Positions 17,963-26,560 of a DNA stretch of 64,000 nt are shown one piece after another. The notes beneath the pieces were generated by a model. That model did not search any database and had not been told where the DNA came from. It was given only the letters and a program-made list of their open reading frames with translations. How positions within the stretch are numbered: position 1 is the first letter of the stretch; the number at the start of each line of letters is the position of its first letter. Position numbers and translations under genes: made by a program. The stretch covers positions 3,611 through 67,610 of the forward strand of contig CAZASA010000002.1 in NCBI GenBank assembly GCA_964487685.1. The letters are read 5' to 3'. Source of the DNA: an uncultured Planctomycetales bacterium (GTDB taxonomy: Bacteria; Omnitrophota; Gorgyraeia; Zapsychrales; Fredricksoniimonadaceae).

Positions 17963-18868
17963 ATGAGCTTAGTGGTTTTAGGGACAGTGGCGTTGGACCA
18001 TGTCAAAACACCTTCAGGGTCGAAAAAAGATATGTTAGGCGGCTCAGCCGCTCATTTTGCCATGTCCGCCAGGCTTTTTACTGACGTGCATATGGTGGCG
18101 GTGGTGGGCAAGGATTTTCCGGTCAGGCACCTGGATTTTTTAAGGAGCAAGGGCATTGACCTGTCGTCAGTCAAGATCAGCAGCGGCAAGACCTTCCGCT
18201 GGAGAGGTGAATATAAAAAAGGGGACCTGAACACGGCCCTGACCCTGGCAACGGAATTGGGGGTTTTGCAAAGTTATGTGCCTGAATTAAAGGAACATCA
18301 AAAAAGCTTGCCCAATATTTTCCTGGCTAATTTCGATCCGGATTTGCAAATACAGCTGTTCAAACATTTGAAAAATCCGCGATTGATCGGTTTGGACAGC
18401 ATGAACCTTTGGATCACCCATAAACAAAAGTCTTTACGCCGGTTAATGAAGATGGTGCATCTGTTCGTGGCCAATGACAGCGAAGCCAGGGCATTGTCTG
18501 GTGAGAACAATCTGATCATGGCGGCCAAACGCCTGCGGGCCATGGGGCCCAGGATGATCGTCATTAAAAAAGGCGAGCATGGTGTCTTGTTTTACAGCGA
18601 CCAGGTGATGTTTTCATTCCCGGCCTTCCCGGTTGAAAAAGTTATTGACCCCACTGGTGCCGGAGATACCTTTGCCGGCGGGCTGATGGGTTATTTAAGC
18701 CGAGTCAACAAGCTCGACGATAAAACCTTGCGCAAGGCCTTATTGTACGCCACGACCGTTGCTTCTTTTAACGTGCAAGGCTTTGGCATGGCCCGCACCG
18801 CATCGTTGACTATGCCTGAGGTCGAGGAACGCATGAAGTCCTTGGTTAAATTTTTTGCACTGACATAG
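17963..18868 (+). CDS. PfkB family carbohydrate/nucleoside kinase
   Basis: LGGSA, NDSEA, KKGEHG, DPTGAGDTFAGG. Confidence 0.92.
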   Translation: MSLVVLGTVALDHVKTPSGSKKDMLGGSAAHFAMSARLFTDVHMVAVVGKDFPVRHLDFLRSKGIDLSSVKISSGKTFRWRGEYKKGDLNTALTLATELGVLQSYVPELKEHQKSLPNIFLANFDPDLQIQLFKHLKNPRLIGLDSMNLWITHKQKSLRRLMKMVHLFVANDSEARALSGENNLIMAAKRLRAMGPRMIVIKKGEHGVLFYSDQVMFSFPAFPVEKVIDPTGAGDTFAGGLMGYLSRVNKLDDKTLRKALLYATTVASFNVQGFGMARTASLTMPEVEERMKSLVKFFALT

Positions 18869-18870
18869 AT

Positions 18871-18901
18871 CCCCGCATGGCCAATTGGCCAAGCTGCGGG
18901 G
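18871..18901. repeat. Short GC hairpin CCCCGCA...TGCGGGG with inner TGGCCAATTGGCCA palindrome
   Basis: Seen directly; single copy in window. Confidence 0.45.
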
Positions 18902-18923
18902 TCCTGTTGGGAGAGGTCTTAAT

Positions 18924-19187
18924 TTGAGAACGATCAGTTTTTGGGCGGCGGTGATCCTGCCATTGTGGGACATCCCTTTGATGGTGCGCGTTGTGCGAAG
19001 GAAATCTTCACAGGACATCTCGTTGGTATGGGCCGCCGGTCTGTGGGCAACGTCGGTCTTGATGGCCCCCAGTGCTTTTATTACCGGGGATAAAGTAGCT
19101 ATGGGTTTTAATATCGTCAATGTGATCATGTTATCGGGTGTTTTGATCGTGGTCATAAAATACAGGAAAGGTCAGCCATGCATTTAG
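18924..19187 (+). CDS. SemiSWEET/PQ-loop-like 3-TM protein (copy 1)
   Basis: PLWDIPLMVRVVRRKSSQDIS; TTG start inferred after GGGAGAGG. Confidence 0.75.
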   Translation: MRTISFWAAVILPLWDIPLMVRVVRRKSSQDISLVWAAGLWATSVLMAPSAFITGDKVAMGFNIVNVIMLSGVLIVVIKYRKGQPCI

Positions 19188-19435
19188 TGGAGAACATTGG
19201 TCTCGTGGCCGGGATCATTATGCCCTTATTTAATATCCCTTTGATCGTTAAGATCATCCGCCGGCGTTCTTCGGCAGACATTTCTATCGCCTGGGCCATG
19301 GGGGTATGGATCTGTGCCTTGTTGATGGCCCCTTCGGGCTTTACTTCCAAGGATATAGTTTGGCGCAGTTTTAATATTGTTAACCTGGTTCTTTTTACAG
19401 GGGTTGTGATCGCTGTCTGGAGGTATCGCAAATAA
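19178..19435 (+). CDS. SemiSWEET/PQ-loop-like 3-TM protein (copy 2)
   Basis: PLFNIPLIVKIIRRRSSADIS; paralogous to the upstream ORF. Confidence 0.8.
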   Translation: MHLVENIGLVAGIIMPLFNIPLIVKIIRRRSSADISIAWAMGVWICALLMAPSGFTSKDIVWRSFNIVNLVLFTGVVIAVWRYRK

Positions 19436-19436
19436 T

Positions 19437-20360
19437 ATGGCCAAAGAATTAAAAAGCGGCATCGTTGCCATCGTGGGAAGGCCCAATGTAGGCAAATCAA
19501 CACTTCTCAATGCTATCTTGGGTGAAAAAGTGTCCATTGTCTCTGATGTGCCGCAAACAACACGCCATCAGATCAGGGGCATTCACACCGACGAGCGCGG
19601 CCAGATCGTTTTTATCGATACGCCGGGCATCCACGCGGGCAAGGACAAGCTGGATAAATACATGAATCGGGCTTCGTTGGGGAGCATTGATTCCGTTGAC
19701 GCGGTGATACACATGGTGGATGCCAGCGAGAAAACCGGCCTTGAAGAAAAACATGTGATCACGCGGCTTAATAAGTGCGGCAAACCCATTATCGTGGGAC
19801 TAAACAAGATCGATATCACCAAAGGAAAATTTGTCCCCGAGTATATCAAGCTTTGGGAAGAGGTCCGCGGCGTTCCCATGACCGAGATCAAAGATTTGAT
19901 CTTGTTTCCTCTCTCAGCCCTTAAAGGCACCAATGTTAAAAAAATGATCGACCTGCTTTTTGAACAAATGCCCGTAGGCCCGCTCCTTTATCCTGAAGAT
20001 ACACTTACAGATTTTCCCAAGCGCATGGCCATGGCGGACCTGATCCGTGAAAAACTATTCCTGCTGATGCGAGAAGAGATCCCGCATTCCATCGCTGTAA
20101 TCATCGAGGGCGTCCAGCCTAAAAAAGGCAATGTTCTGCATATCCGCGCGGCCATCCTGGTTGAACGCGAGTCCCAAAAAGAGATCGTCATCGGAAAATC
20201 CGGCGCCATCTTAAAACAGGTAGGCACCGAAGCACGCAAAGATCTAGAAGAGCTGGTTGACAGCAAGGTCTTCCTGGAACTTTTTGTGAAGACCAGCTCA
20301 AATTGGCGCGAAGATTACGGCACCCTCGAAGATATGGGATTTGTCTTTAGCGATCTTTAG
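19437..20360 (+). CDS. era: GTPase Era
   Basis: GRPNVGKST, QTTR, DTPG, NKID, KH domain VIGKSG. Confidence 0.96.
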   Translation: MAKELKSGIVAIVGRPNVGKSTLLNAILGEKVSIVSDVPQTTRHQIRGIHTDERGQIVFIDTPGIHAGKDKLDKYMNRASLGSIDSVDAVIHMVDASEKTGLEEKHVITRLNKCGKPIIVGLNKIDITKGKFVPEYIKLWEEVRGVPMTEIKDLILFPLSALKGTNVKKMIDLLFEQMPVGPLLYPEDTLTDFPKRMAMADLIREKLFLLMREEIPHSIAVIIEGVQPKKGNVLHIRAAILVERESQKEIVIGKSGAILKQVGTEARKDLEELVDSKVFLELFVKTSSNWREDYGTLEDMGFVFSDL

Positions 20361-20363
20361 CGA

Positions 20364-21053
20364 TTGTCGTCGAAAATCATGTCCGGACCAAAACTTTTGG
20401 ATAGTAAGCAGATTGCAGAGGTCATTAAACGGCTGAAGATCGCCATGCGTGACCTTCCTGACCCTTCTGTGACCTTGGTGGGCAAGAAATTCAAGAGTCC
20501 GTTCTTGGTGCTGATATCCTGCTTGTTAAGCTTGCGTACCCGTGATGAAACGACCTTACCAGCCTCTGAACGCCTCTTCGCCCGGGCAGATACCATGGAG
20601 GGCATGCTTAAAGTTCCGCTCGATGAACTGCGAAAATTAATTTATCCGGTCGGTTTTTATAAAACAAAAGCCACCCGCATCCATGAGATCTGTGCAGATC
20701 TGATCCATCGCTTTAAAAGTCAAGTGCCGGATGATATTGAATTGCTTTTGACGCTCAAAGGGGTGGGGCGCAAGACCGCGAACTTGGTCATGACCGAGGG
20801 TTTTGGCAAGCCGGGGATATGCGTTGATACCCATGTACATCGGATATCCAATCGCCTGGGATATATCAAGACCAAGACCCCGGAACAAACAGAATTTGCA
20901 TTAAGAAAAAAACTGCCCGGCAAATATTGGATCGAATATAATGCTTTGCTCGTGACCTGGGGACAAAATGTTTGCAAACCTATTTCACCGATGTGCACCA
21001 GCTGTCCGGTTGTAAAAATTTGCCAACGGGTAAATGTGGGCATCAGCCGGTAA
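20364..21053 (+). CDS. nth: Endonuclease III
   Basis: HhH LKGVGRKTAN, VDTHVHRI, C-x6-C-x2-C-x5-C Fe-S motif; start may be ATG at 20379. Confidence 0.93.
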   Translation: MSSKIMSGPKLLDSKQIAEVIKRLKIAMRDLPDPSVTLVGKKFKSPFLVLISCLLSLRTRDETTLPASERLFARADTMEGMLKVPLDELRKLIYPVGFYKTKATRIHEICADLIHRFKSQVPDDIELLLTLKGVGRKTANLVMTEGFGKPGICVDTHVHRISNRLGYIKTKTPEQTEFALRKKLPGKYWIEYNALLVTWGQNVCKPISPMCTSCPVVKICQRVNVGISR

Positions 21054-21133
21054 ATGAGGGCCTCCTTCCTTTAATTAGAATTAAAAATATTTATGGTATT
21101 TTGTCGGATTTTTGATAAATTGATTGCAATATT

Positions 21134-22180
21134 ATGGCTAAAATAGTTGGAATTACTTACGATCTAAAAAGCGACTGGCAGGGCTCTAAGGACGATCCTG
21201 TTGATGCCGCGGCCGAGCTCGACGGGACAAAGACGATCGAATGCCTAAAGGCAGCGCTCGAATCAGCCGGGCACAAGGTTGTCTTGATCGGCGGAGCCCG
21301 CCAATTGATCGATCGCGCAGCCCGCGGTAGTCTTAAAGTAGATATTGTTTTAAATATTTCTGAAGGCTTCAAAGGCCGCAACCGCGAAAGCCAGGTGCCG
21401 GCTATTTTGGATCTGTATAATATTCCTTTTATCGGGGCCGATGCTTTGACCTTAGGGGTAACATTGGATAAGGTGGTGGCGAAAAAATGTTTTATGGCTG
21501 ATGGCATTCCCACGGCCCGCTATTTTAAAGCCACCCTTGAGGATGATCTGACCTTGCTTAATACCATTGGATTTCCTTTGTTCGTCAAGACCCTGCATGA
21601 GGGCACGTCCAAAGGGATCACGCAAAGTTCACGGGTAGAAAATTTTGAACAGCTTAAAAAACAGGTAGGGCATATCTGCCGGAATTATAATCAACCGGCT
21701 TTGGTTGAAGAATTCATCAAAGGTACTGAGTTTACCGTGGGGATCATCGGGAATAATCCGCCCAAACCCATGCCGGTCGTGCAATACGCGATCGGGGGAA
21801 AGACTAGCTTGGGCAATAATTTTTATTCTTACAGTCATGTGGTCGAAAGATCAGTGGAATATATTTGCCCCGCTCCCATCGATGAGAAAATGGCCCGTCG
21901 CCTGCAAGACCTGGCTGTACGTGCGTTTAAGTCCGTTGATTGCCGTGATTTCGGGCGTGTTGATTTCCGTGTGGATGAAGCCGGAAATCCGTATGTCCTG
22001 GAGATCAATCCATTGCCGAATTTAAGTCCTGATGATGTTTTTGTTCTTTTTGCTAAAGTCAAAAAGATGACGTATAATCAGATCATCAATCAGATCCTGG
22101 ATGCAGCCCTAAAACGTTTAGGGATCAAAGAAGCGCCGCCAGTCAAACAGCGTAGCCGAGAGGTAGCATTCAAAAAATGA
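21134..22180 (+). CDS. D-Ala-D-Ala ligase-like ATP-grasp enzyme
   Basis: NISEG..GRNRESQVP, EGTSKGI, EEFI.G.EFTV, RVDFR, LEINPLP; lacks the GGxSxE N-terminal motif of canonical Ddl. Confidence 0.85.
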   Translation: MAKIVGITYDLKSDWQGSKDDPVDAAAELDGTKTIECLKAALESAGHKVVLIGGARQLIDRAARGSLKVDIVLNISEGFKGRNRESQVPAILDLYNIPFIGADALTLGVTLDKVVAKKCFMADGIPTARYFKATLEDDLTLLNTIGFPLFVKTLHEGTSKGITQSSRVENFEQLKKQVGHICRNYNQPALVEEFIKGTEFTVGIIGNNPPKPMPVVQYAIGGKTSLGNNFYSYSHVVERSVEYICPAPIDEKMARRLQDLAVRAFKSVDCRDFGRVDFRVDEAGNPYVLEINPLPNLSPDDVFVLFAKVKKMTYNQIINQILDAALKRLGIKEAPPVKQRSREVAFKK

Positions 22181-23361
22181 ACCCTGTCAATACTTTGATC
22201 AAGGATGATGCTCCTGTTTCCGTCGGACCTAATATCCCTTTGTCCCCGCAAGAAGAGCGCGTGATAAAACTTTTTCCCGGGGCGACCCTGGCTGATTGGG
22301 AAGATTGGCGCTGGCAGCTCCGTAACCGCATACGCACCATTGATGATATAACCAAGCTCATGAAATTAACCCCGCATGAAGAACGCGGGGTCAAAGGGGC
22401 AGGGGACAAATTGACCATGTCCATCCCGCCGTATTTTGCCGCCTTGATCGATGAGAATGACCCCGGATGTCCTATCCGTTTGCAGTCAGTTCCTTTGGAT
22501 TATGAATTTGAGACCACTGAAAATGAAATGCTCGATCCCTGCGGTGAAGAAAAAAATTCCGAAGTGCATGGCTTGGTGCACCGCTATCCTGACCGGGTAC
22601 TTTTTTTGGTCAATGAGATGTGCGCGATGTACTGCCGCTATTGCACCCGTTCACGCATGGTGGGGGACGGCAATCATACGCTAAATACAGCCACCTATGA
22701 TGCGGCGCTTAATTATATCCGTAAGCATACCGAGATCCGTGATGTCCTGATCTCCGGCGGCGACCCGTTGACCTTGGGCGATCGGATGCTTGAGTATTTG
22801 ATCTCGTCCGTCAAGGCGATCCCGCATGTGGAGTTTGTGCGCATCGGCACACGTATTCCGGTGACCTTGCCCCAGCGCATCACGCCTGAATTGATCGCCA
22901 TGTTCAAAAAATATTCACCGCTGTGGATGAGTGTGCATTTTAACCATGCCAAGGAAATCACCCCGCGCGTCAAGCATGCCTGTAATATGATCGCGGATGC
23001 CGGTATTCCGATGGGCAGCCAAACAGTGCTTTTACGCGGTGTCAACGATTCGCCCGCTGTCATGAAAAAACTGTTCCATGAACTTTTAAAGATCCGGGTC
23101 AGACCTTATTACATTTACCAATGCGATCCTATCATCGGCTCCAGGCATTTTAGGACTACGATCGAAACAGGTATTAATATCATCCAGAACCTTCGCGGTC
23201 ATACCACGGGTTACGCGGTGCCGACCTACGTGATCGACGGCCCCGGTGGTGGCGGCAAGATCCCCATCAGCCCGGATTATCTGGTTTCCAAAGAGAACGG
23301 CCGCTATACCCTGCGTAATTTCGCCGGGGAACTATATACCTACGTTGATCCTACCTATTAA
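22177..23361 (+). CDS. KamA family radical SAM 2,3-aminomutase
   Basis: HRYPDRVL, CAMYCRYCTR, SGGDPL, SQTVLLRGVND, PYYIYQCD, GGGGKIP. Confidence 0.92.
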   Translation: MNPVNTLIKDDAPVSVGPNIPLSPQEERVIKLFPGATLADWEDWRWQLRNRIRTIDDITKLMKLTPHEERGVKGAGDKLTMSIPPYFAALIDENDPGCPIRLQSVPLDYEFETTENEMLDPCGEEKNSEVHGLVHRYPDRVLFLVNEMCAMYCRYCTRSRMVGDGNHTLNTATYDAALNYIRKHTEIRDVLISGGDPLTLGDRMLEYLISSVKAIPHVEFVRIGTRIPVTLPQRITPELIAMFKKYSPLWMSVHFNHAKEITPRVKHACNMIADAGIPMGSQTVLLRGVNDSPAVMKKLFHELLKIRVRPYYIYQCDPIIGSRHFRTTIETGINIIQNLRGHTTGYAVPTYVIDGPGGGGKIPISPDYLVSKENGRYTLRNFAGELYTYVDPTY

Positions 23362-23368
23362 AAGGCGT

Positions 23369-23396
23369 TTGACAAAGCCCGATCCTGTACTATAAT
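23369..23396 (+). promoter_or_regulatory. Consensus sigma70 promoter for rpsU-purH
   Basis: TTGACA-16 bp-TATAAT. Confidence 0.8.
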
Positions 23397-23440
23397 ACTT
23401 CCCTTCAAACCAATTAAACCAACAGGAGCAGTGATAAGTA

Positions 23441-23596
23441 ATGTTAGAAGTCAAAGTCAATGACAAGAATAGTTTTGAAAAAGCGATGCGCTTATTCAAG
23501 AAGCAATGCCAAAAAGACGGTTTTTTAGTCGAGCTTAAAGAGCGCCGCTTTTATTGCAAGCCCTCCGAACGCAAACGTAAAAAAGGCAAGAGATAA
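23441..23596 (+). CDS. rpsU: 30S ribosomal protein bS21 (51 aa; absent from the ORF track)
   Basis: Own translation MLEVKVNDKNSFEKAMRLFKKQCQKDGFLVELKERRFYCKPSERKRKKGKR; AGGAG upstream. Confidence 0.9.
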   Translation: MLEVKVNDKNSFEKAMRLFKKQCQKDGFLVELKERRFYCKPSERKRKKGKR

Positions 23597-23600
23597 GAAG

Positions 23601-25160
23601 TTGATTAAAGTCAAACGCGCATTGATCTCCGTTTCCGATAAGACCGGCCTGGTTGATTTCGCCAAGGGTTTGCAGAAACTGGGCGTTGAGATCATATCCA
23701 CCGGCGGCACGGCAGCGCTCCTGCGTTCATCCAATATCCCCGTTAAAGAAGTTTCCGAACATACCGGTTTCCCTGAAATGCTCGATGGCCGTGTCAAGAC
23801 CCTGCATCCCAAGATCCACGGAGGTCTATTGGCCCTGCGGGATAATGCTGAACATATGAAGCAGATCGCCAAACACGATATCAGCCTGATCGATATGGTG
23901 GTGGTCAATCTTTATCCATTTGAGAAGGCGGTCCAGAAAAAAAACATCCCCCTGGAAGAAGCGATCGAGAATATCGATATCGGCGGGCCTTCCATGCTGC
24001 GTTCGGCGGCCAAGAATTATAGAAGTGTGGCCGTCATCTGTAATGCCGAACGTTATGGGGAAGTGCTCAATGAGCTTAATAATAACAGCGGCATTTTATC
24101 GGACAAGGTGTTGGCTAATTTGGCCATTGAGGTTTTTGAGAGGACTTCCCGTTATGATGCCGCTATTTATGATTTTCTAAAGAACCGTTTTAAATCGGAC
24201 GATTCTTTTTCCGCCTTCCCCAAAGAATTCGCTTTTTCATTCAGCAAATTACAGGACCTGCGCTACGGGGAAAACCCGCATCAGGCCGCGGCGTTTTATT
24301 CAGATCATGGCAAGCTCGAGGGTTTAAGCCAACTTCAGCAATTGCAAGGCAAGGAACTTTCCTTTAATAATATCCTGGACTTAAACGCGGCGGTCGATAT
24401 CATCCGTGAATTTGATGCCCCGGCCGCGGTCATCATCAAACACAATAATCCTTGCGGTGTCGCTCAGGACAAAAGCCTTGATAAGGCCTATATTAAAGCA
24501 TACAAAAGCGACACCCTTTCCGCTTTTGGGGGCATCATTGGTTTAAACCGTTGTGTGGACGCCAAGACCGCTGCCGCTGTTATCAAGAGCGGTTTTATGG
24601 AATGCATCATCGCCCCTGATTTTTCCGAGGAAGCCAAGAAGCTTTTTTCCGTTAAGAAGAATTTACGCTTACTGGTGCTGGATTTGGGCGGCATCAAACT
24701 AGAAAAATTTGATTTCAAGAAAGTTACAGGCGGCCTTTTGCTCCAGGAAAAGGATAACCGTACCATCAAGCCGGAAGAATTGAAAGTCGTCACCAAGGTC
24801 AAACCTACCAAGGCGCAAATGGAGGCCATGGTTTTCGGCTGGAAATTGATCAAGCATGTCAAAAGCAATGCCATTGCCCTGGTCAAGGGAACACAGACCA
24901 TTGGTATCGGCTGCGGCCAGACCAGTCGTGTCGATTCCGCGATCCATGCCATCCGTCGGGCCGGGTCTTCTGCCCGCGGGAGTGTTTTGATATCCGATGC
25001 ATTTTTGCCTAAGCCTGACACCGTCACCATTGCCGCGAAGGCCGGGGTCAAGGCTATTATCCAAACCGGTGGTTCCATCATGGATGAAGCTGTGATCAAA
25101 GAAGCTGATAAAAGAAAGATCGCCATGGTCAACACTGGTATCAGGCATTTCAAACATTGA
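23601..25160 (+). CDS. purH: Bifunctional AICAR transformylase/IMP cyclohydrolase
   Basis: ALISVSDKTG, GRVKTLHP, IDIGGPS, LRYGENPHQ, KHNNPCG, TGIRHFKH. Confidence 0.97.
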   Translation: MIKVKRALISVSDKTGLVDFAKGLQKLGVEIISTGGTAALLRSSNIPVKEVSEHTGFPEMLDGRVKTLHPKIHGGLLALRDNAEHMKQIAKHDISLIDMVVVNLYPFEKAVQKKNIPLEEAIENIDIGGPSMLRSAAKNYRSVAVICNAERYGEVLNELNNNSGILSDKVLANLAIEVFERTSRYDAAIYDFLKNRFKSDDSFSAFPKEFAFSFSKLQDLRYGENPHQAAAFYSDHGKLEGLSQLQQLQGKELSFNNILDLNAAVDIIREFDAPAAVIIKHNNPCGVAQDKSLDKAYIKAYKSDTLSAFGGIIGLNRCVDAKTAAAVIKSGFMECIIAPDFSEEAKKLFSVKKNLRLLVLDLGGIKLEKFDFKKVTGGLLLQEKDNRTIKPEELKVVTKVKPTKAQMEAMVFGWKLIKHVKSNAIALVKGTQTIGIGCGQTSRVDSAIHAIRRAGSSARGSVLISDAFLPKPDTVTIAAKAGVKAIIQTGGSIMDEAVIKEADKRKIAMVNTGIRHFKH

Positions 25161-25188
25161 TTGGTGTCATTCCCCAGTATAAAATAAT

Positions 25189-25266
25189 GTCATTCCCGCG
25201 AAAGCGGGAATCCATGACACAACCATTCCAAAAATGGATCCCCGATAAAAACATTCGGGGATGACA
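25189..25266. repeat. Inverted dimer: R1 copy (25189-25213,+) facing a variant GTCATCCCCGAATGTTTTTATCGGGGATCC (25236-25265,-)
   Basis: Both share GTCAT-CCC...GG-ATCC ends; arranged as a REPIN/BIME-like doublet. Confidence 0.85.
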
Positions 25267-25273
25267 AAGTCAT

Positions 25274-26557
25274 ATGGATCACTCAGAAGTAAATTCTTAT
25301 CTAAATTCCTTTGTCAATTTTGAATCCCAGCTCCATAAACTGCGCCCCGAAGAATTCCATCTTAACCGTATTGAGAAATTATTAGACGTCTTGGGCGATC
25401 CGGCCAAAGACCTTAAGATCGTCCATGTCGCCGGCACCAAAGGCAAAGGTTCGACCTGTGCGATTTTGGGGACGATCATGCAGGAGGCAGGCTATAAGGT
25501 TGGCTTATATACATCGCCTCATTTGCACAAGGTCAATGAGCGCATCCGCATTTTGGGCCCTGAAAATTTGCGTTCCAAAGAAGATTTCAGCGGGGCCATT
25601 GATGATGAACAGTTCTCCGCCGTGCTGACGGCATTACGCCCTTTTGCCGCCGCGATCAAGAATGAAGGCAATATCCTTACATTCTTTGAAGTCCTGACCG
25701 TTGCCGCTTTGTGCCATTTTGCCAGATCAAAGGTGGATATTGTCATCCTGGAGACCGGTTTGGGAGGCCGCCTGGATGCGACCAATGCCGCTAATTCTTC
25801 CGTCGCTATCATAACACCGGTGAGTTTGGACCATACCCGGATATTGGGAGACACCTTGACTAAGATCGCGTCAGAAAAAGCGGGTATCATCAAGGATTCT
25901 CACCAGAAAGTGGTGATCGCTCCTCAAGAAAAAGAAGTCATGGGCCTGATGCTGCGCCGCTGCAAGGAATTTGGCGTTGATCCTGTCCTTGTCGATCCTT
26001 CCAAATATGAAAATTTAAAAGTAGGGCTTAAGGGTCAGCATCAAGTGGTCAATTCAGCCACAGCGATCGAAGCCGTGAACATTTTACAAACAATGGGTTT
26101 TAAGGTCAGTGATGAGGCGATCAAGGACGGGCTAAAGAATGTCCGATGGCCAGGACGTTTTGAATTAATGAAAAAAGATCCTGATGTGATCGTTGATAGT
26201 GCCCACAACGGGGCTTCGGCCCAGGCATTGTCCGAAACCTTGAAAGAAGAGTATCCCCGGCGAAAAGTTTTTTTAGTGTTAGGAATATCCGAAGACAAAG
26301 ATGCAGGGGCTATTTGTAATCCTTTAAAAGAAAATGCGTCACAAGTTTTTTTAACACAGGCCCGTCATCCCCGCGCACACATTTTTAAGCCGTCAGAGGC
26401 TAAAGAATATTTTGGTCATACACCATTTGAAATCATCGAGGACCTGCCTCAAGCTCTAGAGAAGGCCTTAAAGAAAGCCAGCCCGCAAGATATCATCGTA
26501 GTGGCGGGTTCAATATTCCTAGTCGCCGAAGCCAGGGATTATTTAAGGGGGAGTTGA
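25274..26557 (+). CDS. folC: Folylpolyglutamate/dihydrofolate synthase
   Basis: HVAGTKGKGST, YTSPHL, ETGLGGRLDATN, EKAGII, WPGRFE, DSAHN. Confidence 0.95.
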   Translation: MDHSEVNSYLNSFVNFESQLHKLRPEEFHLNRIEKLLDVLGDPAKDLKIVHVAGTKGKGSTCAILGTIMQEAGYKVGLYTSPHLHKVNERIRILGPENLRSKEDFSGAIDDEQFSAVLTALRPFAAAIKNEGNILTFFEVLTVAALCHFARSKVDIVILETGLGGRLDATNAANSSVAIITPVSLDHTRILGDTLTKIASEKAGIIKDSHQKVVIAPQEKEVMGLMLRRCKEFGVDPVLVDPSKYENLKVGLKGQHQVVNSATAIEAVNILQTMGFKVSDEAIKDGLKNVRWPGRFELMKKDPDVIVDSAHNGASAQALSETLKEEYPRRKVFLVLGISEDKDAGAICNPLKENASQVFLTQARHPRAHIFKPSEAKEYFGHTPFEIIEDLPQALEKALKKASPQDIIVVAGSIFLVAEARDYLRGS

Positions 26558-26560
26558 GGC

